From the NCBI GenBank assembly GCA_943788675.1, contig CALSRE010000002.1:73371-137370 (forward strand): a stretch of 64,000 nucleotides of DNA. Reading direction: 5' to 3'. This stretch comes from an uncultured bacterium (lineage in GTDB: Bacteria > Fidelibacterota > Marinisomatia > Marinisomatales > Marinisomataceae). Both the position numbers and the translations under genes were made by a program. Of this stretch, positions 37,817 through 48,297 are shown piece after piece. How positions within the stretch are numbered: the first letter of the stretch is position 1; each line of letters opens with the position of its first letter. The notes under the pieces are model-generated. The model ran no database searches, was not told the origin of the DNA, and saw nothing but the letters and a program-made list of their open reading frames with translations.

Positions 37817-37829
37817 TTTAATCTCCCTT

Positions 37830-38573
37830 TTAGGAACTTAGACCTATGATATTTAAAGCCTCTTCTTTAAAAGAATCAGTTAAAACTGACTTATCACTCT
37901 TTTCAAGATTTAAAAAAAATGTCCTAGCATTATCTTTTTGCCCTAATAACATATAACATCTAATGATTTCTAAATTTGCATTCTTAAAAAAAACTGTATC
38001 ATAATACTGATTAATAACATTTTTATAGGATAAAATTGCAGAATCGTATGCTTTTAACTTAACGTATAATTTTCCAGTTTCCATATCCTTCCTTGCTAAT
38101 CTTTCTCTTAGGCTACTTAACAATAAACCAGCATCTTTTGAAAACTCCGATGAAGGAAAATCATCTATAAATTCTTGAATTTGAGATAAAGCCTTCAGAC
38201 TGGACCCTTGATCATGGTAATAATTTGGAGAAAGAAGGGTCAATGATTCACATATTCTCCATCGAGACTTTTCAATGTATGGACTAAAGCCCATTCTTGA
38301 AACAAGCTTTTCATATTCTATTAATGCCAAATCATAATCTTTGTTTTTAAAATATGATTCTGCTAAGAAAAAAAGTGCATCATCGCCTAAATCTGTATGA
38401 GATGCTCTTTGAACAATTATATTAAACTGCTGTGAAGATTTAACATATTTCTTTTCTTCAAAGAATCTTAATCCCTCGTCAAATCTATCTTTATAAGAAA
38501 CTTTATCATTAAATGGATTTGACATTCCACATCCAGTGATAATAAATAGTGCAATTATTCTAATGAAACTCAT
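37830..38573 (-). CDS. bamD: outer membrane protein assembly factor BamD-like TPR lipoprotein
   Basis: 247 aa. Lipobox FIITGC. TPR pattern with DDALFFLAESYFKNKDYDLALIEYEKL, as in BamD/YfiO. Confidence 0.65.
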   Translation of the reverse strand: MSFIRIIALFIITGCGMSNPFNDKVSYKDRFDEGLRFFEEKKYVKSSQQFNIIVQRASHTDLGDDALFFLAESYFKNKDYDLALIEYEKLVSRMGFSPYIEKSRWRICESLTLLSPNYYHDQGSSLKALSQIQEFIDDFPSSEFSKDAGLLLSSLRERLARKDMETGKLYVKLKAYDSAILSYKNVINQYYDTVFFKNANLEIIRCYMLLGQKDNARTFFLNLEKSDKSVLTDSFKEEALNIIGLSS

Positions 38574-38602
38574 CTGAAATTATAAATTAATATTTTGCTT
38601 TT

Positions 38603-39538
38603 TTAAAAAGAACCGCTCAAAGAAAACTTTAACATATCTGAATGAGGATCAAATTCATCTGCTAATAAATAACTTAAATCAAAACCTATTGTTTCAAGAT
38701 TAAATCCAAAACCCAAAGATGAGTAGTTAACCTCTCCAGTAGAGTTGCTTACTAACCCTGCTCTTAAAAAAATTTGATCTGAAACTGAATATTCAAAACC
38801 AAGATTAGTAATCATTGATTTATCATTAATTTCATAATTTAAATCAAGGGCAGCTATACCTTTTCCTTCAAATAATAAGAGAGATGATCCTAATCCAAAT
38901 TTAGTGGGCAACGGATCCTCTTCTCCATCCCCAAAAGATACTCCTGGTCCAATATTTGTTAAAACTAAACCAATTTTTAGGTCGGGATTATCAAAAGCAT
39001 TGTGCCTAAAATAACCGATATCAATAGCAAAGTTCGAACTCGAAGCATCAAAATCACCAGTTACTGCAAGTTCTTGGAAAAAATATTTACCATTAAGTCC
39101 CCAAGAAGATTGCTCATCAATTTTTTGTGCATAGGATAAATTAAAAGCATACATATAACTTGAAAATGTACCTAAAGTTGTATTGTTTGCATCTGTTGAA
39201 GTCTGGTCGCCTAAGTTTAAATATGTAAAATGTCCACCAATTGCACTACCTTCTCTAAAAGGCATACCAAAAGTTAAAAAATCATAAGACATATCATCCA
39301 CTAGATTAGGTAAATAACTAGTATGCATAAATGAAAATTCTTTATTTGACAAATTGGTTAGACCGGCAGGGTTATAGTAGGTAGCATATGAATCATTTGC
39401 AATACCAATATTAGCTTCACCCATACCGCTAGATTTTGCACCAGGGTTAACTGATAGAAATAATGAACCAGCTGTACCTTGAGCAAATACAAACTGTGAA
39501 AATAAAATTAAAGTTAATACTGTACTTTTTCTTTTCAT
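38603..39538 (-). CDS. PorV/PorQ-family (FadL-like) outer-membrane beta-barrel
   Basis: 311 aa with a signal peptide. N-terminal family motif GAKSSGMGEANIGIANDSYATYYNPAGL. Alternating beta-strand pattern and a C-terminal aromatic residue (SGSF). Confidence 0.65.
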   Translation of the reverse strand: MKRKSTVLTLILFSQFVFAQGTAGSLFLSVNPGAKSSGMGEANIGIANDSYATYYNPAGLTNLSNKEFSFMHTSYLPNLVDDMSYDFLTFGMPFREGSAIGGHFTYLNLGDQTSTDANNTTLGTFSSYMYAFNLSYAQKIDEQSSWGLNGKYFFQELAVTGDFDASSSNFAIDIGYFRHNAFDNPDLKIGLVLTNIGPGVSFGDGEEDPLPTKFGLGSSLLLFEGKGIAALDLNYEINDKSMITNLGFEYSVSDQIFLRAGLVSNSTGEVNYSSLGFGFNLETIGFDLSYLLADEFDPHSDMLKFSLSGSF

Positions 39539-39557
39539 GCAAAAAAGTAGTCATAAT

Positions 39558-41354
39558 TTAGTAAAAGAACAAAGGAATATATGTAATTGAAAATACCCCA
39601 AATAATCTTAATAAAAAGAAAGGTAAAGTAGCGCTATAAATAGTAGGCATATCTTTTTCAAATCTATAAGAGGATAAATATAAATTCATTCCTACTGGAG
39701 GAGTAATATAACCTAGTTCTAAATTAGCAATAAAGATTATTGCTAGGTGAAATGGATCTATTCCAAAATATATTGCCAAAGGAGCTATTAAGGGAACTAC
39801 AACAATTATTGCTGAAAAAATATCCATTAAGCAACCGACTATCAACAATAAGATGTTTAAAGCAAATAAAAATATAATTTTTGAAGTTATTGTACTTTGA
39901 ACAAAATTTAAAATTTTCAAGGGTATTTGTGCATCTACAAGATATCCTGTGAATCCCATGGCAAAACCAAGGATAATTAATACTCCTCCTACTAAAGTTG
40001 AACAATTAATAATAATTTTAGGAATATCATTAAAGCTGATATCTTTAAAGATGACTACTTCAACCATTAAAACATATAAAACCAGCAGAGCTGCACTTTC
40101 GACTAATGTTGCAAAACCTGTAAAAATACTCAAAATGATTAAGAGAGGAACTGCTATTTCCCATTTAGCAATTTTGCCAGTCAATATTGCATCTTTTAAA
40201 ATAAATTTTTGCTTGATATCAGTTTTAGGCTTTTTGTAAAGGCCATAAAAAAACATAATACTCATTAAAAAAATAGCTGGTACAAGCGCTTGTCTAAAAA
40301 GTTCTAAGGGATTAATTCCAGCAGTCACAGAATAGATTATAGCTGGTAAGCTAGGAGGAAATAATAACCCTAATGAACCTGCTGTTGTTATAATGCCTAA
40401 AGAAAATCTCTCTGTGTAACCATCATGAATCAAAATAGGATATAAAATAGCTCCTAAAGCCAATATTGTTACGCCCGAACCTCCAGTCAAAGCAGTAAAA
40501 AAAGCACATAACAAAACTACAATCAAAACTGAAGAACCTGGTAGCCAACCGACGCTGGCTTTAAAAAAATTAATTAACCTCTCGGATATATTGCTTTCAG
40601 CAAGAATATATCCTGCCAAAGTAAAAATTGGAATTGCAGCTAAAGTAGGTGAAACAACAATTCTATATGCACTATCGCTAATAGTAGAAATTAAATCAAA
40701 ATTAGTTGCCCAATCAGTTGGTTCAGATAAAAAGAAAAATACAGATAGCGAAGCAAGAAAAACAAAAATTGGCAATCCAAATGCAACCAGAGCTAGAGCA
40801 GAAATAACCTTAGTCCACAACAAGAATGAATTTGCTAAAGGAAATTGCCAATAATAAAGAGTGATAGCGGGAACAATAGAAACAATCACTAGTAAAATTC
40901 TATACTTTAAATTTGTACTGCTAGTAATAATCATTTGATACCAAATCAACATCAATCCTAATGGTATAATAGATTGAGCAAACCAAGTGGTTACATACGG
41001 TGCAATATACTCCGGATATTGAATACCTATCTGAATCATTTTGAGGTAAGAAATTGATAAAATAAAAACCATTGCAACAGAAAAAGCATGTACTAAGAAA
41101 TGAGGCAATGAATTTGAATCTGAAGATCTAAAAACTGGCTCCCTTACAATCGAAAGAAGTTTATTTGATCTTGTAGCAATTATAGCGCCCACAAAACCAA
41201 TCCAAAGCGTCATATGTTGAACAATTTGTTGTGAAGCAGGAATAGAAAAGAAATCTATGTACCTGCTAAGAATTTGAAAAATTGGAAAAGAAATAAGAAT
41301 TAAAAATAAAAATAAACAAAGCTTATCAATTGCCTTATTTATAAAATCATTCAT
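39558..41354 (-). CDS. TRAP transporter fused small/large permease (DctQ-DctM type)
   Basis: 598 aa, highly hydrophobic. About 4 helices form a DctQ-like N-part and a DctM-like body follows. Overlaps the upstream binding-protein gene by 8 nt. Confidence 0.8.
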   Translation of the reverse strand: MNDFINKAIDKLCLFLFLILISFPIFQILSRYIDFFSIPASQQIVQHMTLWIGFVGAIIATRSNKLLSIVREPVFRSSDSNSLPHFLVHAFSVAMVFILSISYLKMIQIGIQYPEYIAPYVTTWFAQSIIPLGLMLIWYQMIITSSTNLKYRILLVIVSIVPAITLYYWQFPLANSFLLWTKVISALALVAFGLPIFVFLASLSVFFFLSEPTDWATNFDLISTISDSAYRIVVSPTLAAIPIFTLAGYILAESNISERLINFFKASVGWLPGSSVLIVVLLCAFFTALTGGSGVTILALGAILYPILIHDGYTERFSLGIITTAGSLGLLFPPSLPAIIYSVTAGINPLELFRQALVPAIFLMSIMFFYGLYKKPKTDIKQKFILKDAILTGKIAKWEIAVPLLIILSIFTGFATLVESAALLVLYVLMVEVVIFKDISFNDIPKIIINCSTLVGGVLIILGFAMGFTGYLVDAQIPLKILNFVQSTITSKIIFLFALNILLLIVGCLMDIFSAIIVVVPLIAPLAIYFGIDPFHLAIIFIANLELGYITPPVGMNLYLSSYRFEKDMPTIYSATLPFFLLRLFGVFSITYIPLFFY

Positions 41355-42324
41355 TTATAGCGGAGGTAACTTTTTCGTAAATTTCGTTAGTTAGATAAGT
41401 ATCTATAACATCAGGAGTAATCTCATCTTTAAAATCATTCCAAATGGCAATTTCTTTATCAGATGGCTTCTTAATTTTCATGCCATACTGTTGCATAACA
41501 TCAATAGCTTTTTTTTCCATCTCTCTTCCACTTTTTTGATACTTTTTTCCAATATCTTGTGCAATGTCCATCATAATTTTTTGATGTTCAGGTTTAATTT
41601 TTTTCCATACTCTTTCATCAACAATAACAGCGCCCACAAAAGCGCCCCATTTTAAGTCTAGCATATTTGGCATTAAAGCTGACCATCCAGAACTCAATGA
41701 TAGAATAGGGACTGTTTGCATACTATTTATCATTCCGGTTTGCAATGATGTTAATATATCTGTTTCAGATACAGGAATAGCATTAAAACCAAACTTTTTA
41801 AAAAGTTCAACAGTAACGTAATCTCCGCCAGTGGTATAAATTTTAGCATCCATCAAATCTTGAGGAACAGAAATTTCTTCCGTTGAAAACCAGTAAACCC
41901 ATCCAATATCAACAAGAAAAAGGAGTTTGAAACCACTTTGAGACAATCCTTCAGAAATATCTCCAAACATTACATTTTTAACGCGATCAATTTCTTCATA
42001 ATTTTTAAAACCCATTGGTAAAGTAAATGCTTGAATTTGATCAGTCAATTCAGCTAATCCAATTGATGACATTGCTGAAGCTTGAATTTGACCTACTCGC
42101 ATTTTTCTTATAGTATCACTTTCTCCCCCAACTACTCCGTTTGGATAAATTCTCAATTGAATCTGGCCATTAGTTTCTTGTTGCCATCTTTGACCCATCT
42201 CAAAAAGTAAATTATAGTATTCTGTACCTTCCGGTGCAACGGTAGCTAACTTAATAATTATTGGTCTTGAAAAGATTGTGCTTACTAAAAGCAGAAAGAT
42301 TAAAGTTTTTTTGAAGTAATGCAT
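41347..42324 (-). CDS. TRAP transporter substrate-binding protein (DctP/TatP-like)
   Basis: 325 aa with a signal peptide. The DctP-family layout includes IQLRIYPNGVVGGE and the TTGG... region. Confidence 0.8.
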   Translation of the reverse strand: MHYFKKTLIFLLLVSTIFSRPIIIKLATVAPEGTEYYNLLFEMGQRWQQETNGQIQLRIYPNGVVGGESDTIRKMRVGQIQASAMSSIGLAELTDQIQAFTLPMGFKNYEEIDRVKNVMFGDISEGLSQSGFKLLFLVDIGWVYWFSTEEISVPQDLMDAKIYTTGGDYVTVELFKKFGFNAIPVSETDILTSLQTGMINSMQTVPILSLSSGWSALMPNMLDLKWGAFVGAVIVDERVWKKIKPEHQKIMMDIAQDIGKKYQKSGREMEKKAIDVMQQYGMKIKKPSDKEIAIWNDFKDEITPDVIDTYLTNEIYEKVTSAINE

Positions 42325-42333
42325 TAAAATAAT

Positions 42334-43224
42334 TTACATATAAAATAAATCATCTACTCTTGATTTTAACCATTTTGCTCTAGATTGTGACAATTTATTT
42401 GACTGCTTTAAGCTTTTATCTTTATTAATATCAATTTGCAATGCTTTATCAAGGAGTTCGATATACATTTTTTTGTCCTGCTTTGATACTGCATAGCTCT
42501 CTGCTAATGTAACATAGATTGAAGCATTTTGACCATTTGATTGTTTTTCAGCTAGTCGGAAATAAGTTAATGCATTTTTTTCTGAATTTTTATCTCCGCT
42601 TAAATCATTTAAATAAATACTCATCATAGCAGCACTTAGAGCACCTCCCTCCCAATCAGGATCTACTTTAATAGCACTTTCAATCAGCCACCTAATTGAT
42701 GATAAATCAGCAAGATATTGTGGATCCGCTTGGCTAGCCTGAATTGAACCAGCCATTGATCCGCTCAACCAATAAAGATAATCAATATCATTTTTTTCAA
42801 AAACAATTTGACTTCTATCTATCATAGCTTTAGAAAAATTTTCGTGCTTTAGTTCAAGAGCTTTAAGAAGATAATTTCTAGATGCAACAAAAAGATCTAA
42901 TGATTTAGTATAATACTCTCGAGATTTATAATAATCAGTATACATCAATCTATCAGCTTTTTCCATTAAAATTCCATATGCATATGTTATTCTACTTTTT
43001 GATGCATTAAGATAAAAAAGTTGATTATTTGGATATTTTTGAATTTTACTTTTTTGAGATTCGAAAGAAAGTGGTATTGCTATTTCTGCAATTTGTGAAC
43101 CAGTCATCATAGTATTATTGACTGCACAATTGTTAAGAATTAAAATATAAACAATTACAAAAAACCTTTTAGATAAAAATTTAACTATCTTTCTCATAGA
43201 TTGGGAAAGTTGAGCATAGCTCAT
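42334..43224 (-). CDS. TatT-like TPR component of a TPR-protein-associated TRAP transporter
   Basis: 296 aa. Lipobox-like ILNNC, TPR-like helices, and C-terminal [13 protein letters not shown]. Lies immediately upstream of the DctP-like gene. The true start is probably an internal Met (MRKIV...). Confidence 0.6.
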   Translation of the reverse strand: MSYAQLSQSMRKIVKFLSKRFFVIVYILILNNCAVNNTMMTGSQIAEIAIPLSFESQKSKIQKYPNNQLFYLNASKSRITYAYGILMEKADRLMYTDYYKSREYYTKSLDLFVASRNYLLKALELKHENFSKAMIDRSQIVFEKNDIDYLYWLSGSMAGSIQASQADPQYLADLSSIRWLIESAIKVDPDWEGGALSAAMMSIYLNDLSGDKNSEKNALTYFRLAEKQSNGQNASIYVTLAESYAVSKQDKKMYIELLDKALQIDINKDKSLKQSNKLSQSRAKWLKSRVDDLFYM

Positions 43225-44476
43225 TTACGGAAGAACGAACAGTATTAATTTTATCTTTATTATCATGATTCATAATAACCTGATCGATTAAATCTACAAC
43301 AATCTTTACTTCATCTACCCCCATACCTCTTGTGGTCATAGCTGGAGAACCAATACGAATACCACTGGTGATAAAAGGACTTTTTGGATCAAAAGGAACC
43401 ATATTTTTGTTAACAGTTATTCCCGCGCAATCAAGAGCAATTTCAGCAGCTTTTCCTGAAATATTTTTATTTTGAAGATCAATCAATACTAGATGAGTAT
43501 CGGTTCCATCTGAAACCAAATTATACCCTTTATTTTTAAATTCATCCGCAAAGCATTGTGCATTATCCAAAACATTTTTTATATAAGATTTAAATGAAGG
43601 CTCTAAGGCTTCTTTAAACGCTACAGCTTTAGCTGCAATAATATGCATCAGTGGACCGCCTTGAATTCCAGGCATTACTGCGCTATCAATTAATTCTGAC
43701 ATCATTTTTACTCTACCAGATTTAGGAGCAACTTTTCCTAAAGTATTTTCATAATCTTCTCCAAGGAGAATAATTCCACCTCTAGGACCTCTGAGTGATT
43801 TATGCGTACTAGTTGACACAACATGACAATATGGAAATGGTGAAGGATGCATCTCTGCAGCAATTATACCCGAATTATGACAAATATCTCCATGTAACAC
43901 TGCTCCAACTTTATCAGCAACCTCTCTAAACTTTTCGAATTCAACTGTTCTTGGGTAAGCACTAGCGCCACATATAATAATTTTAGGTTTAAACTCCTTT
44001 GCTTTTTGAAGTAAGTCATCAAAATCGACTAAACCAGAATCTTTCTTTACTTCAAAAGTAATAGCAGTATAAATCTGCCCAGAAAAGCTTACCTTAGAAC
44101 CATGCGTTAAATGACCTCCATGACTTAAATCAAGGCCCATGATACAATCTCCAGGCTCAAGATAAGCCATATATACACCCATATTAGCTGATGAACCAGA
44201 ATGAGGTTGTACATTGGCATATTTTGCATTAAATAACTTCTTAGCTCTTTCAATCGCCAAATTTTCTGCTTCATCAACGTGAATACATCCTCCGTAATAT
44301 CTTTTTCCGGGATAACCTTCGGCGTATTTATTTGTTAAAACTGATCCAGCAACCTCAAGAACTGCTTTGCTAGTAAAATTTTCTGATGCAATTAACTCCA
44401 AGTAATCATTTTGACGATTAAACTCAGATTCAATAATGTCAAAAATTTTCTTGTCTTGCTTCTTTAAGACAGACAT
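43181..44476 (-). CDS. glyA: serine hydroxymethyltransferase
   Basis: 431 aa. Motif SHGGHLTHG and the PLP-lysine context [14 protein letters not shown]. Confidence 0.95.
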   Translation of the reverse strand: MSVLKKQDKKIFDIIESEFNRQNDYLELIASENFTSKAVLEVAGSVLTNKYAEGYPGKRYYGGCIHVDEAENLAIERAKKLFNAKYANVQPHSGSSANMGVYMAYLEPGDCIMGLDLSHGGHLTHGSKVSFSGQIYTAITFEVKKDSGLVDFDDLLQKAKEFKPKIIICGASAYPRTVEFEKFREVADKVGAVLHGDICHNSGIIAAEMHPSPFPYCHVVSTSTHKSLRGPRGGIILLGEDYENTLGKVAPKSGRVKMMSELIDSAVMPGIQGGPLMHIIAAKAVAFKEALEPSFKSYIKNVLDNAQCFADEFKNKGYNLVSDGTDTHLVLIDLQNKNISGKAAEIALDCAGITVNKNMVPFDPKSPFITSGIRIGSPAMTTRGMGVDEVKIVVDLIDQVIMNHDNKDKINTVRSSVNELCSTFPIYEKDS

Positions 44477-44479
44477 TAG

Positions 44480-45820
44480 CTACCAATCAGATTGTTTAGC
44501 TAAAGATTCAGAAACCCAATCATAACATCTTCCCACGGGAGATACTTTTCCAGTTGCCTGAATATCTTTATCGGTCATAAACCAGTCAGAATATGCAAAT
44601 AGAACTTCGTTTTCTTCTAGCCAACTTTTTTGCTTATAATATTTTGAATTACCTTTTTTTTCAGCTTTAACAAAATATTCATAAGCTAAAGATGCAACTA
44701 TCTTGTCAGATCTAGAAAAAGCATCTTCCCTGCAAGATTGCATAGCTTTGTAATAAAGATTTCCCATATGAGCTAATGATTCAGCATTATTTTTGGAAAT
44801 TTTCATAGATTTTTTAGCCCACTCAAATGCATCTTCAAAATTATCCATTTCTATGCTGTTAACTGAAATCTGCATTGTAACTCTAAAATTATTTTTATCT
44901 AACTTAAATAAGTCTTCAAGAATGTCTACAGCATCATCAAAATCAGAATTTTCATTATAGGCTTTTGCGAGAGTCATATAAATTATACTGTTATCTCTGT
45001 TGTAACTGAGAGTATTTTCCAAGACATCAATTGCATCATCAGTGTCTCCATTCGACATTAATTTGTCAGCATATTCCAATGCATAAGATGCATTTTTAGG
45101 ATTTTCTTCAAATCTTGCTTTAAAAATTTCTAGTGGATCTTCTCCAGAATCTTCATATGCTCTGGCTAACTCAGATTGAATAGTAGAATCACTTGGATTT
45201 ATTTTTAAAATTTTCTTAAGAACAGATATCTGCTCATCAACTCTTCCTTGTTTAGCATATGCTTTAGCCAAATCTTTTAATGAATCGGTATCTCTAGATC
45301 CAGCATCCATTAATCGCTCATACTCGATAATCATTTCATCAATCTTATCTTGTTTTTTATAAGCGTAAGCAAGTCTTGTAATCAGAGATTCGTTACCTGG
45401 AAGCTCCTCAAGACCTTTTATTAAAACTGATTCAGATTCTTCAAAATTACCAAGATTTTGTAAAGCTATTGACCAGTAGAGATAAACATCATCTACATTA
45501 ACCCAATCAGGATTCCATTGATCGCATCTTAGTTGTATTAATTCTGCATACGACTGAGCACTGAGCTCCCAATTACTACTTCTATAATATTCAGCGGAGC
45601 TACTAGAAAGCTGTGGACATCTATCATCTTGTTCGTATTCAACAGAATAAGGATACCACCCTTCATTGTAGATTAAGCGAGTAGCTTCTCGGCAATCCAC
45701 CACCTTAATCTCAACATCATTGGTAATTCTTAACTGCTCCCCTCTTTTACATTGAGCATCAACGCTGCACAAAAGGAAAAGAGTTAAAGTTAAAAAGTAA
45801 ATTAATTTTTTCATTAGCAC
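44480..45820 (-). CDS. secreted TPR-repeat protein
   Basis: 446 aa with a signal peptide. Multiple TPR-like hairpins (LAKAYAKQGRVDEQI, LARAYEDSGE, LAKAYNENSDFDDAV). Confidence 0.6.
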   Translation of the reverse strand: MLMKKLIYFLTLTLFLLCSVDAQCKRGEQLRITNDVEIKVVDCREATRLIYNEGWYPYSVEYEQDDRCPQLSSSSAEYYRSSNWELSAQSYAELIQLRCDQWNPDWVNVDDVYLYWSIALQNLGNFEESESVLIKGLEELPGNESLITRLAYAYKKQDKIDEMIIEYERLMDAGSRDTDSLKDLAKAYAKQGRVDEQISVLKKILKINPSDSTIQSELARAYEDSGEDPLEIFKARFEENPKNASYALEYADKLMSNGDTDDAIDVLENTLSYNRDNSIIYMTLAKAYNENSDFDDAVDILEDLFKLDKNNFRVTMQISVNSIEMDNFEDAFEWAKKSMKISKNNAESLAHMGNLYYKAMQSCREDAFSRSDKIVASLAYEYFVKAEKKGNSKYYKQKSWLEENEVLFAYSDWFMTDKDIQATGKVSPVGRCYDWVSESLAKQSDW

Positions 45821-45824
45821 CTAC

Positions 45825-47066
45825 CTATGTTTCTCTTCTTTTAACAAACCATAAATCGCCGATAGTTAAACCAATAGAAAAATTTGTGATGATTTCCTCA
45901 TCAATCAAATAAATACCATTTCTTTTAGAAACATTAAATCCAATATCAATTTGGTTTCCAACTACTCCAAAAGCAATTCCTAAACCTAAACCTAAACCAA
46001 CTTCGTTAACATTTTCAAGATTTTTTATTAAATAATCTTTTAAAAAAATGGAACTTCTAAAGCTATATCTATCTTTTGAAAGAGGTTTTGCAAACTTAGC
46101 ATAAGAAATACTTAATTTTTCTGAAGATTTGATATATGATGGAAAAATTGAACTATTATGTCTGTGTTTACCGCTATCTTTGATACTATCAAATTGTAAT
46201 TGAAAGTGTCTTCTAGGACTAAACTGATAATCTAAACCCATGTTTAGTGAATTTATTTTTATTTCATCATTAAATTTTTGAATAATTGGAAGCAATGCTT
46301 GACCAATATCAGGAAAATCATTGGTATCATGATAATTATTATTATTTGAATCTAGAAATGCTTGATAAGATTCATTTTCTATATTAATTCCTGATAATGG
46401 TATTTGAATTCCCATTGAAAAAATTAAAGGTTTTTCTCTTAACTTTAATCTTGATGACAAAAAATATAAATCTAAGATTGAGCCTGTAAATAAATCTCTT
46501 GATTGAAGTAAATGTGATCTATTATCAACAATCAAATTTTTTGAATATCTTGAAGATCCAAAAACAAAACCTAAACTTGATCCAAGACTTTCGCTTTGAT
46601 TTAATTTAAAACCATTTGAAAATTTAATTAAAGATGGCCCTCCAGACGATTTATTCTCTCTATAATATTCAATAGCACCATTGGATAAAAAAGTTGATAA
46701 TGTATTGTCTGACATGGTTAATTTTCTTGAAAAATATGGTTCAACAGAAATACCAAAGGACATTTTTTGCTTCCATGGAATGATTAGCTTAAAATTTGAT
46801 AAATCAAAATTAACACTACTATTTGAATCAAACCTTGATTCTTGCACATTTACAGATGTGCTTAGGTAAGTAAAATAAAGGTTATGCCAAGATGCAGGAT
46901 TAGATAAAGATACATTATTTTTAAAAGAAGGTAGTAAGCTATTTGACAAACCTGAAGACATTGGAGAACTATGGTCGTTACTGGATCCATAACCGTAACC
47001 GCTCATTGCATTTTGGGCAAGTGAAAATGAAAAAAATAGGATAAAGATTAATTTACGGCTCGACAT
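45825..47066 (-). CDS. probable outer-membrane beta-barrel protein, unknown family
   Basis: 413 aa with a signal peptide (FSFSLAQNA). Alternating hydrophobic beta-strand pattern and Ser/Asn-rich loops. Confidence 0.45.
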   Translation of the reverse strand: MSSRKLIFILFFSFSLAQNAMSGYGYGSSNDHSSPMSSGLSNSLLPSFKNNVSLSNPASWHNLYFTYLSTSVNVQESRFDSNSSVNFDLSNFKLIIPWKQKMSFGISVEPYFSRKLTMSDNTLSTFLSNGAIEYYRENKSSGGPSLIKFSNGFKLNQSESLGSSLGFVFGSSRYSKNLIVDNRSHLLQSRDLFTGSILDLYFLSSRLKLREKPLIFSMGIQIPLSGINIENESYQAFLDSNNNNYHDTNDFPDIGQALLPIIQKFNDEIKINSLNMGLDYQFSPRRHFQLQFDSIKDSGKHRHNSSIFPSYIKSSEKLSISYAKFAKPLSKDRYSFRSSIFLKDYLIKNLENVNEVGLGLGLGIAFGVVGNQIDIGFNVSKRNGIYLIDEEIITNFSIGLTIGDLWFVKRRET

Positions 47067-48291
47067 AAGTTACCTCAATAGAGTTAAAGTTTAGACTTAC
47101 TTTATCAAAAGGAGAATTTGAAGTACTGCTGAATAGAATAAGCTCGCTATTTTCAAAAAGGCCATTTTTATATGCTTGCAAAAATAATCTAATTGGAATT
47201 ACTAATTTGTTATCCTCTATCTTGCTTGATAATAAAAAATTTGAATTTATAATATAATCTTCTTGGCTTTCATTGTTAAAGAAAGAAGTAAAATTCCAGT
47301 TTAAAACAGAATCTTGCAATGCACTGACTATGACATAAAAATTATCGTTATCTATTAAATTAGAATTTTCAACATCAAGTAGTAAATTTGCATCAATTAT
47401 TAGTTTATTTCTGCTAAGTTCATCTATGTTGGATAAGTCATACTTTAAAATAGACTTTAATCCTGAAGCGCTATTTAAAGTTATCAAGTTTTTTTCATTA
47501 TCTTCAATATTTGGGGGATTAAATATCGAAATATCTTTTGTAGAAAAGAATGTTGCAAAAGTATCACTAACAACTTCTTCATTTTCTATAATTTTATACC
47601 AAACTTTCATTTTTGGTGAATTTCCTGAATCATAACTCTGAACAGTAAATAATTCATCAAGAATTTCGTCAGCTTTTAACATAAATGTTCTTGCAGGATA
47701 AGTTTCTGTATCAAAAAAATTTGTCATTAAATTGCTGAGATCGTTATCTTTGAACATAAATTTCAATGTATCAAATCCTGTAGAGTCTGGTTCAATATCA
47801 TTCAAAGACAAGCTTGATAAAAACAACGAATTGCTTTCATAATCAATGAATTGATTTAAATTATAAAAATTAGTTGAATCAGAGCTAAAAATATCACTTT
47901 CGCTTGAAATAATACTATACAATGAAAGATTTGATGAAGAGTTTAAAGTATCAGCAGTTTGAAAAAAAACTAGAGCGCTATCAACTTGAACAGAATCTGC
48001 TAGCATATCTAATAGACCAATTGGTGGAATATTTCCGGAAAAAAGGGTCATTTCTATTAAAGAAAATAAATTTTTGGATTCTTTAACTGAACCGAAGTAC
48101 AATCTTGGACTTGAACCCAAAGATGGAAAATCTTGAAAAACTTTTTTTTCACTTAATGGTAATGTAATACTTCCAATAGTTCCATCAGGATCTTCAATCT
48201 CGCCATAAGTAATTGTTTCTTGATTACAGGAAGACAAAAAAATTAATAAAAATATGATAAGAATTTTAAATTTTAAAAGATAATTTTTCAT
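47053..48291 (-). CDS. lipoprotein, unknown function (possibly DUF4270-like)
   Basis: 412 aa. Lipobox FLSSC. Ser/Asn/Asp-rich and beta-rich. Sits just downstream of a short GlgA-like gene, an arrangement I recall from Bacteroidetes. The family call is untested. Confidence 0.4.
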   Translation of the reverse strand: MKNYLLKFKILIIFLLIFLSSCNQETITYGEIEDPDGTIGSITLPLSEKKVFQDFPSLGSSPRLYFGSVKESKNLFSLIEMTLFSGNIPPIGLLDMLADSVQVDSALVFFQTADTLNSSSNLSLYSIISSESDIFSSDSTNFYNLNQFIDYESNSLFLSSLSLNDIEPDSTGFDTLKFMFKDNDLSNLMTNFFDTETYPARTFMLKADEILDELFTVQSYDSGNSPKMKVWYKIIENEEVVSDTFATFFSTKDISIFNPPNIEDNEKNLITLNSASGLKSILKYDLSNIDELSRNKLIIDANLLLDVENSNLIDNDNFYVIVSALQDSVLNWNFTSFFNNESQEDYIINSNFLLSSKIEDNKLVIPIRLFLQAYKNGLFENSELILFSSTSNSPFDKVSLNFNSIEVTYVEP

Positions 48292-48297
48292 TACTTC

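Noticed and set aside
43181-43224. 44-nt overlap between glyA and the TatT-like ORF as a possible frameshift or fusion
   Set aside because: The TatT-like protein has an internal Met (MRKIV...) followed by a lipoprotein-type signal, which shortens the overlap to 17 nt. Both frames are otherwise complete.
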